64,000 bases of DNA from the NCBI GenBank assembly GCA_965219095.1, contig CBDCMT010000001.1, positions 32,001 to 96,000 of the forward strand, given 5' to 3'. This document shows positions 8,926 to 18,651 of the stretch, piece by piece. A program made the translations under genes and the position numbers. The notes beneath the pieces are model-generated. The model worked only from the letters and a program-made list of their open reading frames with translations. It did not search any database and was not told where the DNA came from. The stretch is from Bdellovibrionales bacterium. GTDB taxonomy: Bacteria; Bdellovibrionota; Bdellovibrionia; Bdellovibrionales; UBA1609. Each line of letters opens with the position of its first letter. The first letter of the stretch is position 1.

Positions 8926-10883
8926 TTTTTTAAAAACTTTCGAAATTGTTCTAAGCTTATGGAAAAATCAGATATTTTAAGATCGCAAAGGTGTCGAGTG
9001 ACCTTATTGGTTTCAACCACTCCTGCCGAGGTTTCTTCACACATCAGATGGGTGGAAAGTTTTTTTCCAAAATTTATCATAATAGGTGTGATGAGTTTTG
9101 CCCATTCTTGCAGTGCTGATAAACATAAACTAAGATTTTCCTTTGTATGTCTATGGCGATTTCTGAACCAGAATTTTCTTAAAAAATTCAGATAATAAGA
9201 CAATTGATCCGAAGCACCATTAAGAGAAAAATTTCTAAGTTCATAGAATTCTTGAATTTTCCAAGACTGTTGGGTGGATTCAAAGAGAAATTTTTCTTGG
9301 TAGCCCTTGAGTTTTGGCATAACAGCCCATTCATACCTGTACCTTTTTAGTGTATGATCTAATGAGTTAAAAAAACTCTCCCAGCGATCAACTAACTCGG
9401 TTTTAAGAAAATTTTCAAAATCAGAGAGTTGAAAGTTTGTTTCCTCATCTTCAGATCGAGTCAGGCACAAATAAAAACGCAGTGAATCTGAAGGAACAAA
9501 TTCTAAAATATCATGAGCCCAAATAGCATGGTTCCGACTCGTTGAAAACTTCTTTTCATTCAGTTGATAGAAATAATTGGAAAGAAAGCCTTTAGGTGGT
9601 CTTATGTTAGTGTCAATTTTATGCATTAAAGCTGGGAGTAGTAACCCGTAAAAAAAACTATTATCAAAACCAAAAGACTGAACTACTTCATTTTGATGAG
9701 ATTTCCAAAATTGAACTCCTTTTTGTCCCTTTCTTTTTGACAGGTAAAGTAAACTTGCAGCCATTTCTATCCATTCATAAATAATTTGATTTTTTTGACC
9801 TGGTACTGGAATACCCCAATTGGAAAATTGGCTAGCAGAGACATCGGGAAGTCCTAGTTTGAAATAGTTCAGATAAAACTCTCTTAGTTTTGGATGCATT
9901 TCAATGTGTTTCAGAGTTTCTTCTAAAAATGAGGAAGATTGAGAGAGGGGAAAATAATACCGATTCACTTCCTTTATGGAGATTTTACCATCGCCAAAGT
10001 TTGATTTTGGATCAATAAGATCAATACAGTCATTATAACAGCCACAGTTTTCACATCCATTTCCTCCAGTAGGGGTTTTGCAATGAGGACAAGTGCCTGA
10101 GATTTGGGAGCCGTAAATAAACTTTTGTGTGCTTTCGCAAAAAACTGTAGGAGCTTTTCTTAAGATTAAAAAACCTCCGTCTATCAACTTTTTAAAAATG
10201 TCTTGAACAAATTTTGTATAATCATTATTTTGGAAAGGGCTTAACCATTCATCATATGAACAGCCAAAAGCTTTCAGAGACTGTATAATAAGAGGTCTAT
10301 ATCTCTTGACGACCTCTTCATTTGTTAAATTGAGTTGAAGGGCTTGAGAGGGAACATAAGACTGATTGTCATCAGTTCCAATGGACACAGATACGTTTGC
10401 ATTTTGTATAGAAAGGTAGCGAGCAAAAACGTCCGCAGATAAATAGGGCCCAGACAAATGGCCTAGATGCAAGGGGCCGTTGGGGGTTGGAGGGGCTGGA
10501 ATGATCAAAGTAAAAGTAGGTTTTTTGACTCGGTAAGGAAGCACCCAGGCTATAGAGTGAAATTCCAATGGCTCAGAATGAGAAAGGTTTCTTAGAGTAT
10601 GCTCAGAATGAGGGGGAATGAAAATTGCATCTCCTGTGCTTACTTCTTGTATTTCTTCTTCAATTTGCATTACTCCACTTCCTTTTATGATAAGAAAAAT
10701 TTCCTGATCTTCATGGCAATGAGATGCTGTCGAATGGTATGGAGGAATTTGACAAAGAGTTAGTGCAAAAGGTGTTCGAAGCTCTTTGTCTCCTAAAGGT
10801 AAAGCTGTTTTACAAAAAATATTATAGGCTTTTTCCCAAGTGTGAGATCCTATCTTTTTAATCTGCACAAGTTGACTCTCCAA
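8922..10883 (-). CDS. Cupin / methionyl-tRNA-synthetase-like didomain protein (putative hydrazine synthetase)
   Basis: N-terminal cupin with HCHEDQE...GDAIFIPP..EH metal ligands. Class I aaRS core PPTPNGPLHLGHLSGPYLSAD, zinc knuckle CPHC..CENC, and KFSTS in place of KMSKS. Confidence 0.9.
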   Translation of the reverse strand: MESQLVQIKKIGSHTWEKAYNIFCKTALPLGDKELRTPFALTLCQIPPYHSTASHCHEDQEIFLIIKGSGVMQIEEEIQEVSTGDAIFIPPHSEHTLRNLSHSEPLEFHSIAWVLPYRVKKPTFTLIIPAPPTPNGPLHLGHLSGPYLSADVFARYLSIQNANVSVSIGTDDNQSYVPSQALQLNLTNEEVVKRYRPLIIQSLKAFGCSYDEWLSPFQNNDYTKFVQDIFKKLIDGGFLILRKAPTVFCESTQKFIYGSQISGTCPHCKTPTGGNGCENCGCYNDCIDLIDPKSNFGDGKISIKEVNRYYFPLSQSSSFLEETLKHIEMHPKLREFYLNYFKLGLPDVSASQFSNWGIPVPGQKNQIIYEWIEMAASLLYLSKRKGQKGVQFWKSHQNEVVQSFGFDNSFFYGLLLPALMHKIDTNIRPPKGFLSNYFYQLNEKKFSTSRNHAIWAHDILEFVPSDSLRFYLCLTRSEDEETNFQLSDFENFLKTELVDRWESFFNSLDHTLKRYRYEWAVMPKLKGYQEKFLFESTQQSWKIQEFYELRNFSLNGASDQLSYYLNFLRKFWFRNRHRHTKENLSLCLSALQEWAKLITPIMINFGKKLSTHLMCEETSAGVVETNKVTRHLCDLKISDFSISLEQFRKFLKK

Positions 10884-10943
10884 AACTTTTACAATAATAA
10901 AAAATAACGTTATAAACTAGTACAGACGGGAGTACATTTTGCT

Positions 10944-11516
10944 GTGAGTCAAAGAGCCTTTACTAATAAAATTCCATCACTTGAAACTCCACGTCTTTTC
11001 TTAAGGGAACTTCAAATAAAAGACAGCAGATCTTATTTTCAACTGTGTTCAAATCCAAGTGTCATGAAAGCTTACGGAGTCGCTCATCACAAAAATGAAA
11101 ACGAAACGAAAAAAATCATCCAATTCCATAAAAAACAATTTCAAAACAAAGTGGCTATTCGTTGGGGAATTTTTTATAAAGAAAATAACAGCCTTATTGG
11201 CGATGTAGGATATTGGCGTTTTGATTGGAATCGCAATCGTGGTGAAATGGGTGCAAAACTAATACCTTGTTTCTTCCAAAAAGGTCTTATGACTGAAGCT
11301 TTGAGAAAGCTTATTACCTTTGGATTTGAAAAACTTAGACTGCATAGTATAGAAGGAGCAGCATTTCCACAGAATCCAGCCTCTAAAAAGCTTCTAGAAA
11401 AGCTAGGATTTCGACAAGAAGGTTATAGAAAAGAATTCTCTTATTCTCCTTACGAAAAAAAATATCTCGATAGTTACCTTTACTCGCTTCTTGAAAGTGA
11501 CTGGAAGGATATGTAA
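10944..11516 (+). CDS. GNAT family N-acetyltransferase (RimJ/RimL type)
   Basis: LETPRLFLR, QKGLMTEAL and NPASKKLLEKLGFRQEG motifs. Confidence 0.9.
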   Translation: MSQRAFTNKIPSLETPRLFLRELQIKDSRSYFQLCSNPSVMKAYGVAHHKNENETKKIIQFHKKQFQNKVAIRWGIFYKENNSLIGDVGYWRFDWNRNRGEMGAKLIPCFFQKGLMTEALRKLITFGFEKLRLHSIEGAAFPQNPASKKLLEKLGFRQEGYRKEFSYSPYEKKYLDSYLYSLLESDWKDM

Positions 11517-11517
11517 A

Positions 11518-12765
11518 ATGCATAAGGTCTGTTGCATTGTGGATGCCTATTCTTCTGGAAATTTCCTTGCACCTGAATTTAAAAAACTAGGCTATCCATC
11601 AATTCATGTTCAAACTACGAAAGAAATTTTTTCAGTACTGCAACCAAGCTTTCGCAAAAATGATTTTTCAGAAAATATTATTTTTGATGGAAATTTCGAA
11701 AACCTAAGGGAACGTCTTAGAAAATATCCCATAGCTTGTCTTCTGCCAGGAACAGAAACAGGCGTAGAACTGGCTGATCGACTCAGTGAAACCCTTAATC
11801 TTCCCACAAATGGGACCAGAAAAAGTCAAGCCCGTCGCAATAAATTTGAAATGTCTGAAGCTGTTAAAACTTTCGGCTTAGAGGTTGCAAAACAAAAAAT
11901 GTCTTGTGATGTCGAAAATTTGATTCATTGGTATAAAACAAGTAGCTTAAAAAAAGTTGTAATAAAGCCTATTGCAAGTGCTGGATCAGAGGATGTTAAA
12001 ATCTGTCATTCGGAAAGTGATATAAGTAAAGCATTCAGTCGAATGATGGGAAAAGTTAATAAGCTTGGTCATAAAAATGAAGCCCTTGTAGTACAAGAGT
12101 TTCTAGAAGGGGAGGAATATTTTATCAATTCTGTATCATGCCAGGGAAAACATCATATTACGGATATTTGGAAGCACCAAAAACGATCTTTAAATGGATG
12201 CGATTTTGTTTATGACTGTGCTGAACTGTGTTCCAGACAAGGAGAGGTTGAAGATAAAATCAGTGACTATCTTTTGAAAGTTTTAGAAGCTCTTGAAGTT
12301 CGGTTTGGACCAGCCCATTCTGAGATTATGATGACCTCAACAGGGCCGAAGCTCATTGAAATGGGAGCACGGATTCAGGGAATGTCTGTTCCAAGTTTAA
12401 ACCAAGAATGTATTGGATACGGACCCATTGACTTAACTGCAGAAGCTTATTTAAATTCAAGGAAATTTCAAGAAACAGCAAAAAACTCTTATCAACTCAA
12501 AAAGTATGCTTTAAGAGTGAATCTTATTTCTTATAAAAAAGGGATTCTTAAAAGTTTACCTGGTGAACATTTATTAAGAAAACTTGAAACTTTTTTCTTT
12601 TTAAGATGGATTAAAACTCCAGGTATGAAGATACCCAGAACTATTAATTATTTTACCGTCCCGGGCTTTGTTATACTCGTTCATGAAAACAAAGAAAAAC
12701 TCTATGAAGACTACACTAGGATACAGGAAATGGAAAGCCATAATGATATTTTAATGTATGAATGA
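11518..12765 (+). CDS. ATP-grasp domain protein, L-amino-acid-ligase type (DdaF/NikS/BacD-like)
   Basis: IVDAYSSG start, ARRNKFEM, VVIKPIASAGSEDV, VQEFLEGEEY, GPAHSE and LIEMGAR. ATG lies 1 nt after the GNAT stop. Confidence 0.9.
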   Translation: MHKVCCIVDAYSSGNFLAPEFKKLGYPSIHVQTTKEIFSVLQPSFRKNDFSENIIFDGNFENLRERLRKYPIACLLPGTETGVELADRLSETLNLPTNGTRKSQARRNKFEMSEAVKTFGLEVAKQKMSCDVENLIHWYKTSSLKKVVIKPIASAGSEDVKICHSESDISKAFSRMMGKVNKLGHKNEALVVQEFLEGEEYFINSVSCQGKHHITDIWKHQKRSLNGCDFVYDCAELCSRQGEVEDKISDYLLKVLEALEVRFGPAHSEIMMTSTGPKLIEMGARIQGMSVPSLNQECIGYGPIDLTAEAYLNSRKFQETAKNSYQLKKYALRVNLISYKKGILKSLPGEHLLRKLETFFFLRWIKTPGMKIPRTINYFTVPGFVILVHENKEKLYEDYTRIQEMESHNDILMYE

Positions 12766-12812
12766 GAGAAATGCACTGGATACTTGCAGTTAATACTTGC
12801 AGTTAGGTGACA

Positions 12813-12923
12813 TATAGTGCTTCCGTTTAGGTTTTCAGTTTCCTAAGATAGAGAAGTTATCAGTTATCAAAGTTTCTAATTTAGATCTGTGTTTTCGTAT
12901 TCCTCTAAAAAATTGACTTAAAC
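12813..12923 (-). mobile_element. IS630-family element, 3' end (rest at 22584..23621)
   Basis: IR TATAGTGCTTCCGTTTAGGTTTT. Encodes SLSQFFRGIRKHRSKLETLITDNF, which joins in frame to ...FKGSLS at 22584. Confidence 0.88.
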
Positions 12924-14137
12924 TGTAATAGTCGCGACTTAATCTGACACGTCTCGAAATGTCAAAGAGATGAAAAGAGGTTACCCTTTTAAATAAACAA
13001 TACCACCCCAAAGGGTGGAGAAAGGATAACAAAAATGACATATCAAGAAAGAATTATAAAATCAAAAGTAGGTCTTTTGCAATTAGCAGAAGAGTTAGGC
13101 AATGTATCTCAAGCTTGTAAGGTGATGGGCTTTTCAAGAGATACATTTTATCGTTACAAGACACTCAAAGAGGAAGGAGGTTTAGAATCATTAAGAGAGC
13201 AAAGTCGTAGAAAGCCTAATTTAAAAAACAGAGTTGATCAAACGACAGAAGAGGCTTGTTTAAGGATCGCTATAGAACTTCCTGCCTATGGACAGTTGAG
13301 AGCGTCCAATGAGTTAAGGAAAAAAGGAATTTTTATTTCTCCTGCAGGAGTTAGAGGGGTCTGGCTGAGAAATAATTTAGAGACTTTCAAAAAGCGTTTG
13401 AAAGCTTTAGAAAAGAAGTCTGCAGAGGAAGGCTTGGTTTTCACAGAGGAGCAGTTACAAGCCCTAGAGAAGAAGAAACAAGAGGATTTAGAGTGCGGAG
13501 AGGTAGAGACAGCTCATCCTGGTTATTTAGGCTCACAGGACACTTTTTATGTGGGAACTATGAAAGGTGTAGGACGTCTTTATCAACAAACCTTTGTGGA
13601 CACTTACTCAAAAATTGCTTTCTGTAAGCTCTATAAAACGAAAACACCTATTACAGCAGCTGACCTTCTCAATGATAGAGTGTTTCCTTTTTTTGAAGAC
13701 CATGATGTGCCCCTGCTTCGTATGTTAACAGATAGGGGTACAGAGTTCTGTGGAGTTCAAGATCGTCACGATTATGAGCTTTATTTGGCTATCAATGATA
13801 TAGAGCACACAAAAACAAAGGCAAGACATCCTCAAACCAATGGCATCTGTGAAAGATTTCATAGAACAATTTTAGAGGAGTTTTATCAAGTGGAGTTTAG
13901 AAAAAAAGTGTACAAAAGCATAGAAGAGTTGCAGTCTAACCTTGACTTGTGGCTTGTGAAATATAATGAAAGGAGAACTCATCAGGGAAAAATGTGTTGT
14001 GGTCGAACACCTATGGAAACTTTCCTTGACGGAAAACAAAAAGTAAGGCAAAAGATGATTGAACAGAACGCAAACTGACAGACAGTTTTTTATCAACCCA
14101 GAAAGGGTAACTGTCAGATCATATAACGTCTATTACA
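12924..14137 (+). mobile_element. IS481-family element, copy 2 (1214 bp)
   Basis: TGTAATAGTCGC...GTCTATTACA termini. Confidence 0.95.
13035..14078 (+). CDS. IS481-family transposase
   Basis: 347 aa with intact DDE motifs. Confidence 0.95.
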   Translation: MTYQERIIKSKVGLLQLAEELGNVSQACKVMGFSRDTFYRYKTLKEEGGLESLREQSRRKPNLKNRVDQTTEEACLRIAIELPAYGQLRASNELRKKGIFISPAGVRGVWLRNNLETFKKRLKALEKKSAEEGLVFTEEQLQALEKKKQEDLECGEVETAHPGYLGSQDTFYVGTMKGVGRLYQQTFVDTYSKIAFCKLYKTKTPITAADLLNDRVFPFFEDHDVPLLRMLTDRGTEFCGVQDRHDYELYLAINDIEHTKTKARHPQTNGICERFHRTILEEFYQVEFRKKVYKSIEELQSNLDLWLVKYNERRTHQGKMCCGRTPMETFLDGKQKVRQKMIEQNAN

Positions 14138-14310
14138 GTTAAAAGGAGAGTTTCATCTTGAGCATTCTCGCCATCGTAGCCCACAAAACTTTGTCATCAA
14201 TCTTTTAGGTACTCTCATCTCCTATTGTTTAAAACCTAAAAAACCCTCCATTCAACTTAAAACTCAAGAACAGGGGCCTCTGAGCAATATATAAAAGTCG
14301 AAACTCGGGT
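14138..14310 (+). mobile_element. IS982-family 3' fragment
   Basis: Translates LKGEFHLEHSRHRSPQNFVINLL...KPKKPSI and ends AACTCGGGT (IS982-type ACCC terminus). Confidence 0.75.
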
Positions 14311-14517
14311 TAATAGGTATAATCCCAGTCAACATCTGGTTTGTTGTGGTGGTTCATACCCAATTCTAATTGGTCCCAATCATTATCAGAAAATCTTAAA
14401 ACTTTAGCATATTCATCAAGATTTTTTGATGTGAAATATTCACACTCAGTTTTTACATTATGATGATGTCCATATGAACCACAAAACGTATCAAACCATT
14501 TATTGTAAGGTTTAGTA

Positions 14518-14591
14518 TATAGTGCTTCCGTTTAGGTTTTCAGTTTTTTTCTCTAGAGAATCGACCGGAAAATCTAAGCGTATTCACTATA
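14518..14591. mobile_element. 74-bp IS630-derived MITE
   Basis: Ends TATAGTGCTTCCGTTTAGGTTTTC / GAAAATCTAAGCGTATTCACTATA, with TA on both flanks. Confidence 0.8.
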
Positions 14592-14750
14592 TACTTGTCT
14601 TACCTTCAAATCCTGCATTTCCTTATTAGTGAGATCCCATGCAAGATGGTAACTTTGCCCTTCAGGATTAATTTTAATTTTGTCGAGATTGATACTGACT
14701 AGAGTTTTTTCTTCCACCTCAATAAATTGTCTTGTTTCACTATAAACTAA

Positions 14751-16267
14751 GCCTCCTCAAAAGAATCTGTGGGTTCCCGGAGGTTCTGGCAGTTTTCCAA
14801 GGTTATGATATAAGGCGATTTTTATAGCTTTAGAGGTTCTAAAGCCGTAAGATTTTCTCATAGTGAGTTTTACTTTGTTGTTTAAACCCTCTACAATCCC
14901 TGAGGAGAAGGCTTTTTTAGCCTTGAAGTAATTAAGAATAAGTAGCTTATGTCTTCGTATGGTTTTTGCTTCTCTTTTCATAGGTTCAATTTTTGAAAGC
15001 ATGACTCGTCTCGTCCAACTGTCTATAAATTTACCAGCCCAAGTTGGTGAAACATAGGTCCATAACTGTCGGAAGTCTTCTTTTAAAAAATAACAGCGGA
15101 TACTTTTTAAATTGTACTGTATTAAATGCCTTAATTTTACTTTTTCATAAGATTTTAAATTTTCTGCATTTTTTAACAAGGGCCATCTAGCTTTTGTTAA
15201 AAGGGGTTCATACCCGTCTTCTTTCATTTTTTTGTGTTCTGAAGCTCTCACTTCGTCTAAAGCCTTATTGAGTCTTGCTACGATATGAAACCGATCTAAT
15301 ATGTGTAAAGCTCCACTTGCCCTCTCCTTTATGACTTTTAAATAAGGCTTCCACATATCAGACACACAAACCGTATATCTTTTGACTTCTCTCCTAGTAA
15401 ATCAAAGAATTTTCTAAAACTCTTTTCTGTTCGTTTCTCTCCTATCCACAACAAGCGTACACGGGTTTTGCTTATTTCATAGACTAAGGTGAGATACTGA
15501 TGGTTCTTTTTCCATTGTATTTCATCTACACCTATAGCTTGTATTCCCTTTAAAACCCTTTGTTTTAAACCATATTCTACGACCCATTCTACCGAAGCAT
15601 AGACCTGATTCCAACTGACATGAAACTTACAAGAAACCTCTTTCCAAGACAGGTGACGACACCAGTCTGCTAAATACTTCATGTAAAAGATCGTTAAACT
15701 CTTCTTACCATCGGCCCAAGGTAAATACTCAACTTTTACCCCACAGCAAGGACAATTAACTCTTCTTACAAAATAAACAAAAAACACCCTGTAACTTAAA
15801 ATAGGAAGGGATTCAAAGTCCCGTGATGATTTACTGCTGTCATACACTGAACAGGGCTTCTTACAAACACTACAAAAAGCTTGGCCATTTTTACGAGCCT
15901 TAATAGGAACATTAATTGACTTTCTATCTTTTGAAAAATAAATGTCTCCGTATACAAAAGACTTCCATCTTAAACAATCATTTAGTATAGTCTTCAAAAG
16001 CATCTCTTCCCTCCTTTTTTTTTTTGAATAACATTTTAAGGCATCTGGGAAGTAGGTGCTTCTTTTTTAAAATTTTAATGTAACACAGCAAATAAAAGCA
16101 AATAAAATGAATGTTTTTGAGTTCAATCGCCAAAGGCGATAGAGGCCAGTAAGGGCCTCAAAGAACTCAAAAATACAAGATAGGATGTCTTACTCTTACT
16201 TTGATTAATATGAGCCTTTTTGGGGGATTTCTAGCTACTTTTCACCCACAGATTCCCGGGAGGAGCC
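14751..16267 (-). mobile_element. ISL3-family element (1517 bp); transposase frameshifted (15338..16003 + 14757..15365)
   Basis: 8-bp TSD TAAACTAA on both sides. Zinc finger CSVC/CPCC, GVDE, SDMWKPY, DRFH and EGLNNK motifs. Frameshift near 15360. Confidence 0.93.
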
Positions 16268-17161
16268 TAAACTAATAGATAAACTCCTGCTTCAAGAGAA
16301 ATTCCTTCGTTTAATTTTTGTTTTGTTAAGTTATGGCAACTATATTTTTCAGGAAGTTCAAGATTTCCTCCACAGGCGAAGATATCATAGTCAGAAGATT
16401 GACCGTCTCCTGGAGTTCCATTGACCTTTAATGTCCCTTTACTTTTAGGGGGAGATATACTGCTAATAATGAAGTTTTCATCATACATGATGGGTTTTCC
16501 CATGGAGTTTGTAAAAGTAAGCTCTGGCTTTCTTCTTCTACGATGTCTCCATAAGAAAGCCCTCCTAAAGACATCAAAAATAAAAATGTTAGTATTAATT
16601 TTTTCATAACGTAAAATCCCTCCTTTTCTAAGTTTTTTGTTATGTTGGTTTCTTAAGTCTTATTTTTTAAACTCAAATTATAAAATTAGAATCTGTTCGC
16701 TAAATTAAAAAACCTAGTAAAAACAAAAAGCTTTTTGTTTTTTAAAAGTATTTTTCTCTGAAAAGAGCCTTTTAAGTGGACCTTATTTTATGAATTAAGC
16801 TCTACTTAACTTTCATTTTAAGAATGATGTGATTTCAAGTAGTTGAGCAAAACCGTGATCACTACACTTTAACCGGTGAGTTATAGGATTTTAGGGGTTA
16901 AAATTGAATGGTTTTTTGGGTGACTTTATTTGTATTTTCTTGTTCTCTACAATCTGAACTAAGATAGAACCATTTTTTCTTGGATCTTTTTTACAAATAT
17001 ATTTATAAAAATTTTAAAATCATATGTAAAAATTACAATTCAAAATTTTTTAGTTGAATTTTTAACTCAGTCTGTTAACATTCATATAGTATTTAACAAT
17101 TATTAAAAAAACGGGTAAAAAACAGGGTTTTTGATCCTAAACAAAAAAAAGAGGAATAAAA

Positions 17162-17905
17162 ATGAAAAGTAAAATGATCATCATAATAAGTCTCAGTCTT
17201 TTCATATCATCTTTTGTTAAGGCTCAAAATTTATCCGATGAAATTCTCAATGCTATGGTAACCGATTATAGAGAGATAGAAGATAGAAGAAAAGTGACTG
17301 AAGATATTATTAATGACAACAATGTGGCTTCTATTATTGTAAGGAGCGAATCAGGGGAGTTTTGTGAGATTTCTTCCCATAAAGAAGATTATACCCCTGA
17401 TTTTTTGGATGTAGTTTCTTCAAAACAACCTTTATTTCATTTGAAAAAATGCGGAGTTGAAGAGTTAGAGATAGCAGAAATCACAGCTCAAACAGCTGGC
17501 TTACAAAATGGCCCCAGTGGAGTTCAAGTCGCTGTTGCCCCAGTACTCGCAGGAGCTGTTGTAGCAACAGGTTGTGGTCTTGGTATTTGGTCTGGGATTG
17601 AACTTTCAAAGGGGAGTACTTTCCGACGTTTCCGATCGACCCGGATATTTGGCGATTTTATGACAGTACTTGGAGGGACATTAATAACAGTTATGGGAAT
17701 GGGATTTGCAGCCACTGAAATTAGATTTAATAACCTCTTTTTTCCAACAAAAAAGTTCAAATTATTTAAACTTTCAAATTTTTTAAAGAATTCCCCCATT
17801 TCAGGTTTCTCAACCGCAGTCACCGGAGTAGGTACTGCTATACTTTGTGGAAATGTGGCATATATCCTTGGGACTGAAAAGAGGGTTAAAAGCAAAAGAA
17901 AGTAG
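17162..17905 (+). CDS. Secreted/membrane hypothetical protein with Gly/Ala-rich hydrophobic C-terminal helices
   Basis: GAGG RBS, signal peptide ending VKA, and three Gly-rich hydrophobic segments. Confidence 0.75.
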   Translation: MKSKMIIIISLSLFISSFVKAQNLSDEILNAMVTDYREIEDRRKVTEDIINDNNVASIIVRSESGEFCEISSHKEDYTPDFLDVVSSKQPLFHLKKCGVEELEIAEITAQTAGLQNGPSGVQVAVAPVLAGAVVATGCGLGIWSGIELSKGSTFRRFRSTRIFGDFMTVLGGTLITVMGMGFAATEIRFNNLFFPTKKFKLFKLSNFLKNSPISGFSTAVTGVGTAILCGNVAYILGTEKRVKSKRK

Positions 17906-17955
17906 GATGAAGATGAACTCGATCTGTTCTCAAGACCATAAGATAAAGATAAGCT

Positions 17956-18651
17956 TTAAGCTTTCTCTTTAACATCCTTTTCGGCTATATCTTCAATGCT
18001 TTCACTTGTTGTTTCTACAAGTCGTTTTTGATAAGACTCAAGCCATTGTAAATCTTTTAGAGTCAATTTTTGTCCTTCTTCTAAAGCACTTAACAAACGG
18101 CTTGCTTTTTTCTCTTTCTTCTCCTTTTCAAAAAACTCTGTTGTTGTTTTAATCTCTTTGAGCGTTTCTGTCATATCTTCTAAATCTTTTTCTTGAGCAG
18201 AATAAGTTTTTAAAAACCCCTCTCTTTGAGCTTCAGACACATCAGATAAGGTTGTTTGCTTTGTCTCATCAGCTACATCTTCGGGGAACAATTCCTCAAT
18301 TTCAGAAAGAGAGGGAAGGTCTTTTAGAGACTTCAGGCCAAAAACTTCTAAAAATTTAGATGTTGTTTTATAGAGCATGGGTTTTCCTGGGAGATCACTT
18401 TTTCCATCAAAACAGAGAAGGTTTTTTTCCATAAGAGTTCTTATTAAATGACTGCAGTCAATCCCTCTCATCTCATCCACTTTAGCTTTAATGCAGGGTT
18501 GATAGTAAGCTATAAGAGATAAAACCTCTAAGGCAGGGCCTGATAATCTGAAAGGACGTGTTTTAATGGTTTTTTGCAAGAAAACTTTATTTTCCACTTT
18601 TGTGCGAATTTGAAAACCTCCTCCAAGTTCTTCTAATACAATACCTCTCCT
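17956..18651 (-). pseudogene. scpB: SMC-Scp complex subunit ScpB, 5'-truncated by IS1634
   Basis: RGIVLEELGGGFQIRT, LSGPALEVLSLIAYYQP and GKPMLYKTTSKFLEVFGLKSLKDLP. The frame runs into the IS IR at 18652. Confidence 0.88.

Larger units (their letters stand above)
14354..16607 (-). pseudogene. Secreted-protein gene disrupted by a frameshift, an ISL3 and a 74-bp MITE
   Basis: Signal-like MKKLILTFLFLMSLGG at 16607. The frame runs through both insertions once they and one TSD copy are removed (GVYLLVYSETRQ; VRQVLNLTING). Confidence 0.65.

Noticed and set aside
8922..10883. Housekeeping methionyl-tRNA synthetase (metG)
   Set aside because: The N-terminal cupin fusion, the PPTPNG/HLSGPY signature and the biosynthetic neighbours fit the cupin/MetRS-like family better.
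12780..12805. 13-bp tandem duplication ATACTTGCAGTTA
   Set aside because: Possibly an excision footprint or slippage, but there is no supporting evidence.
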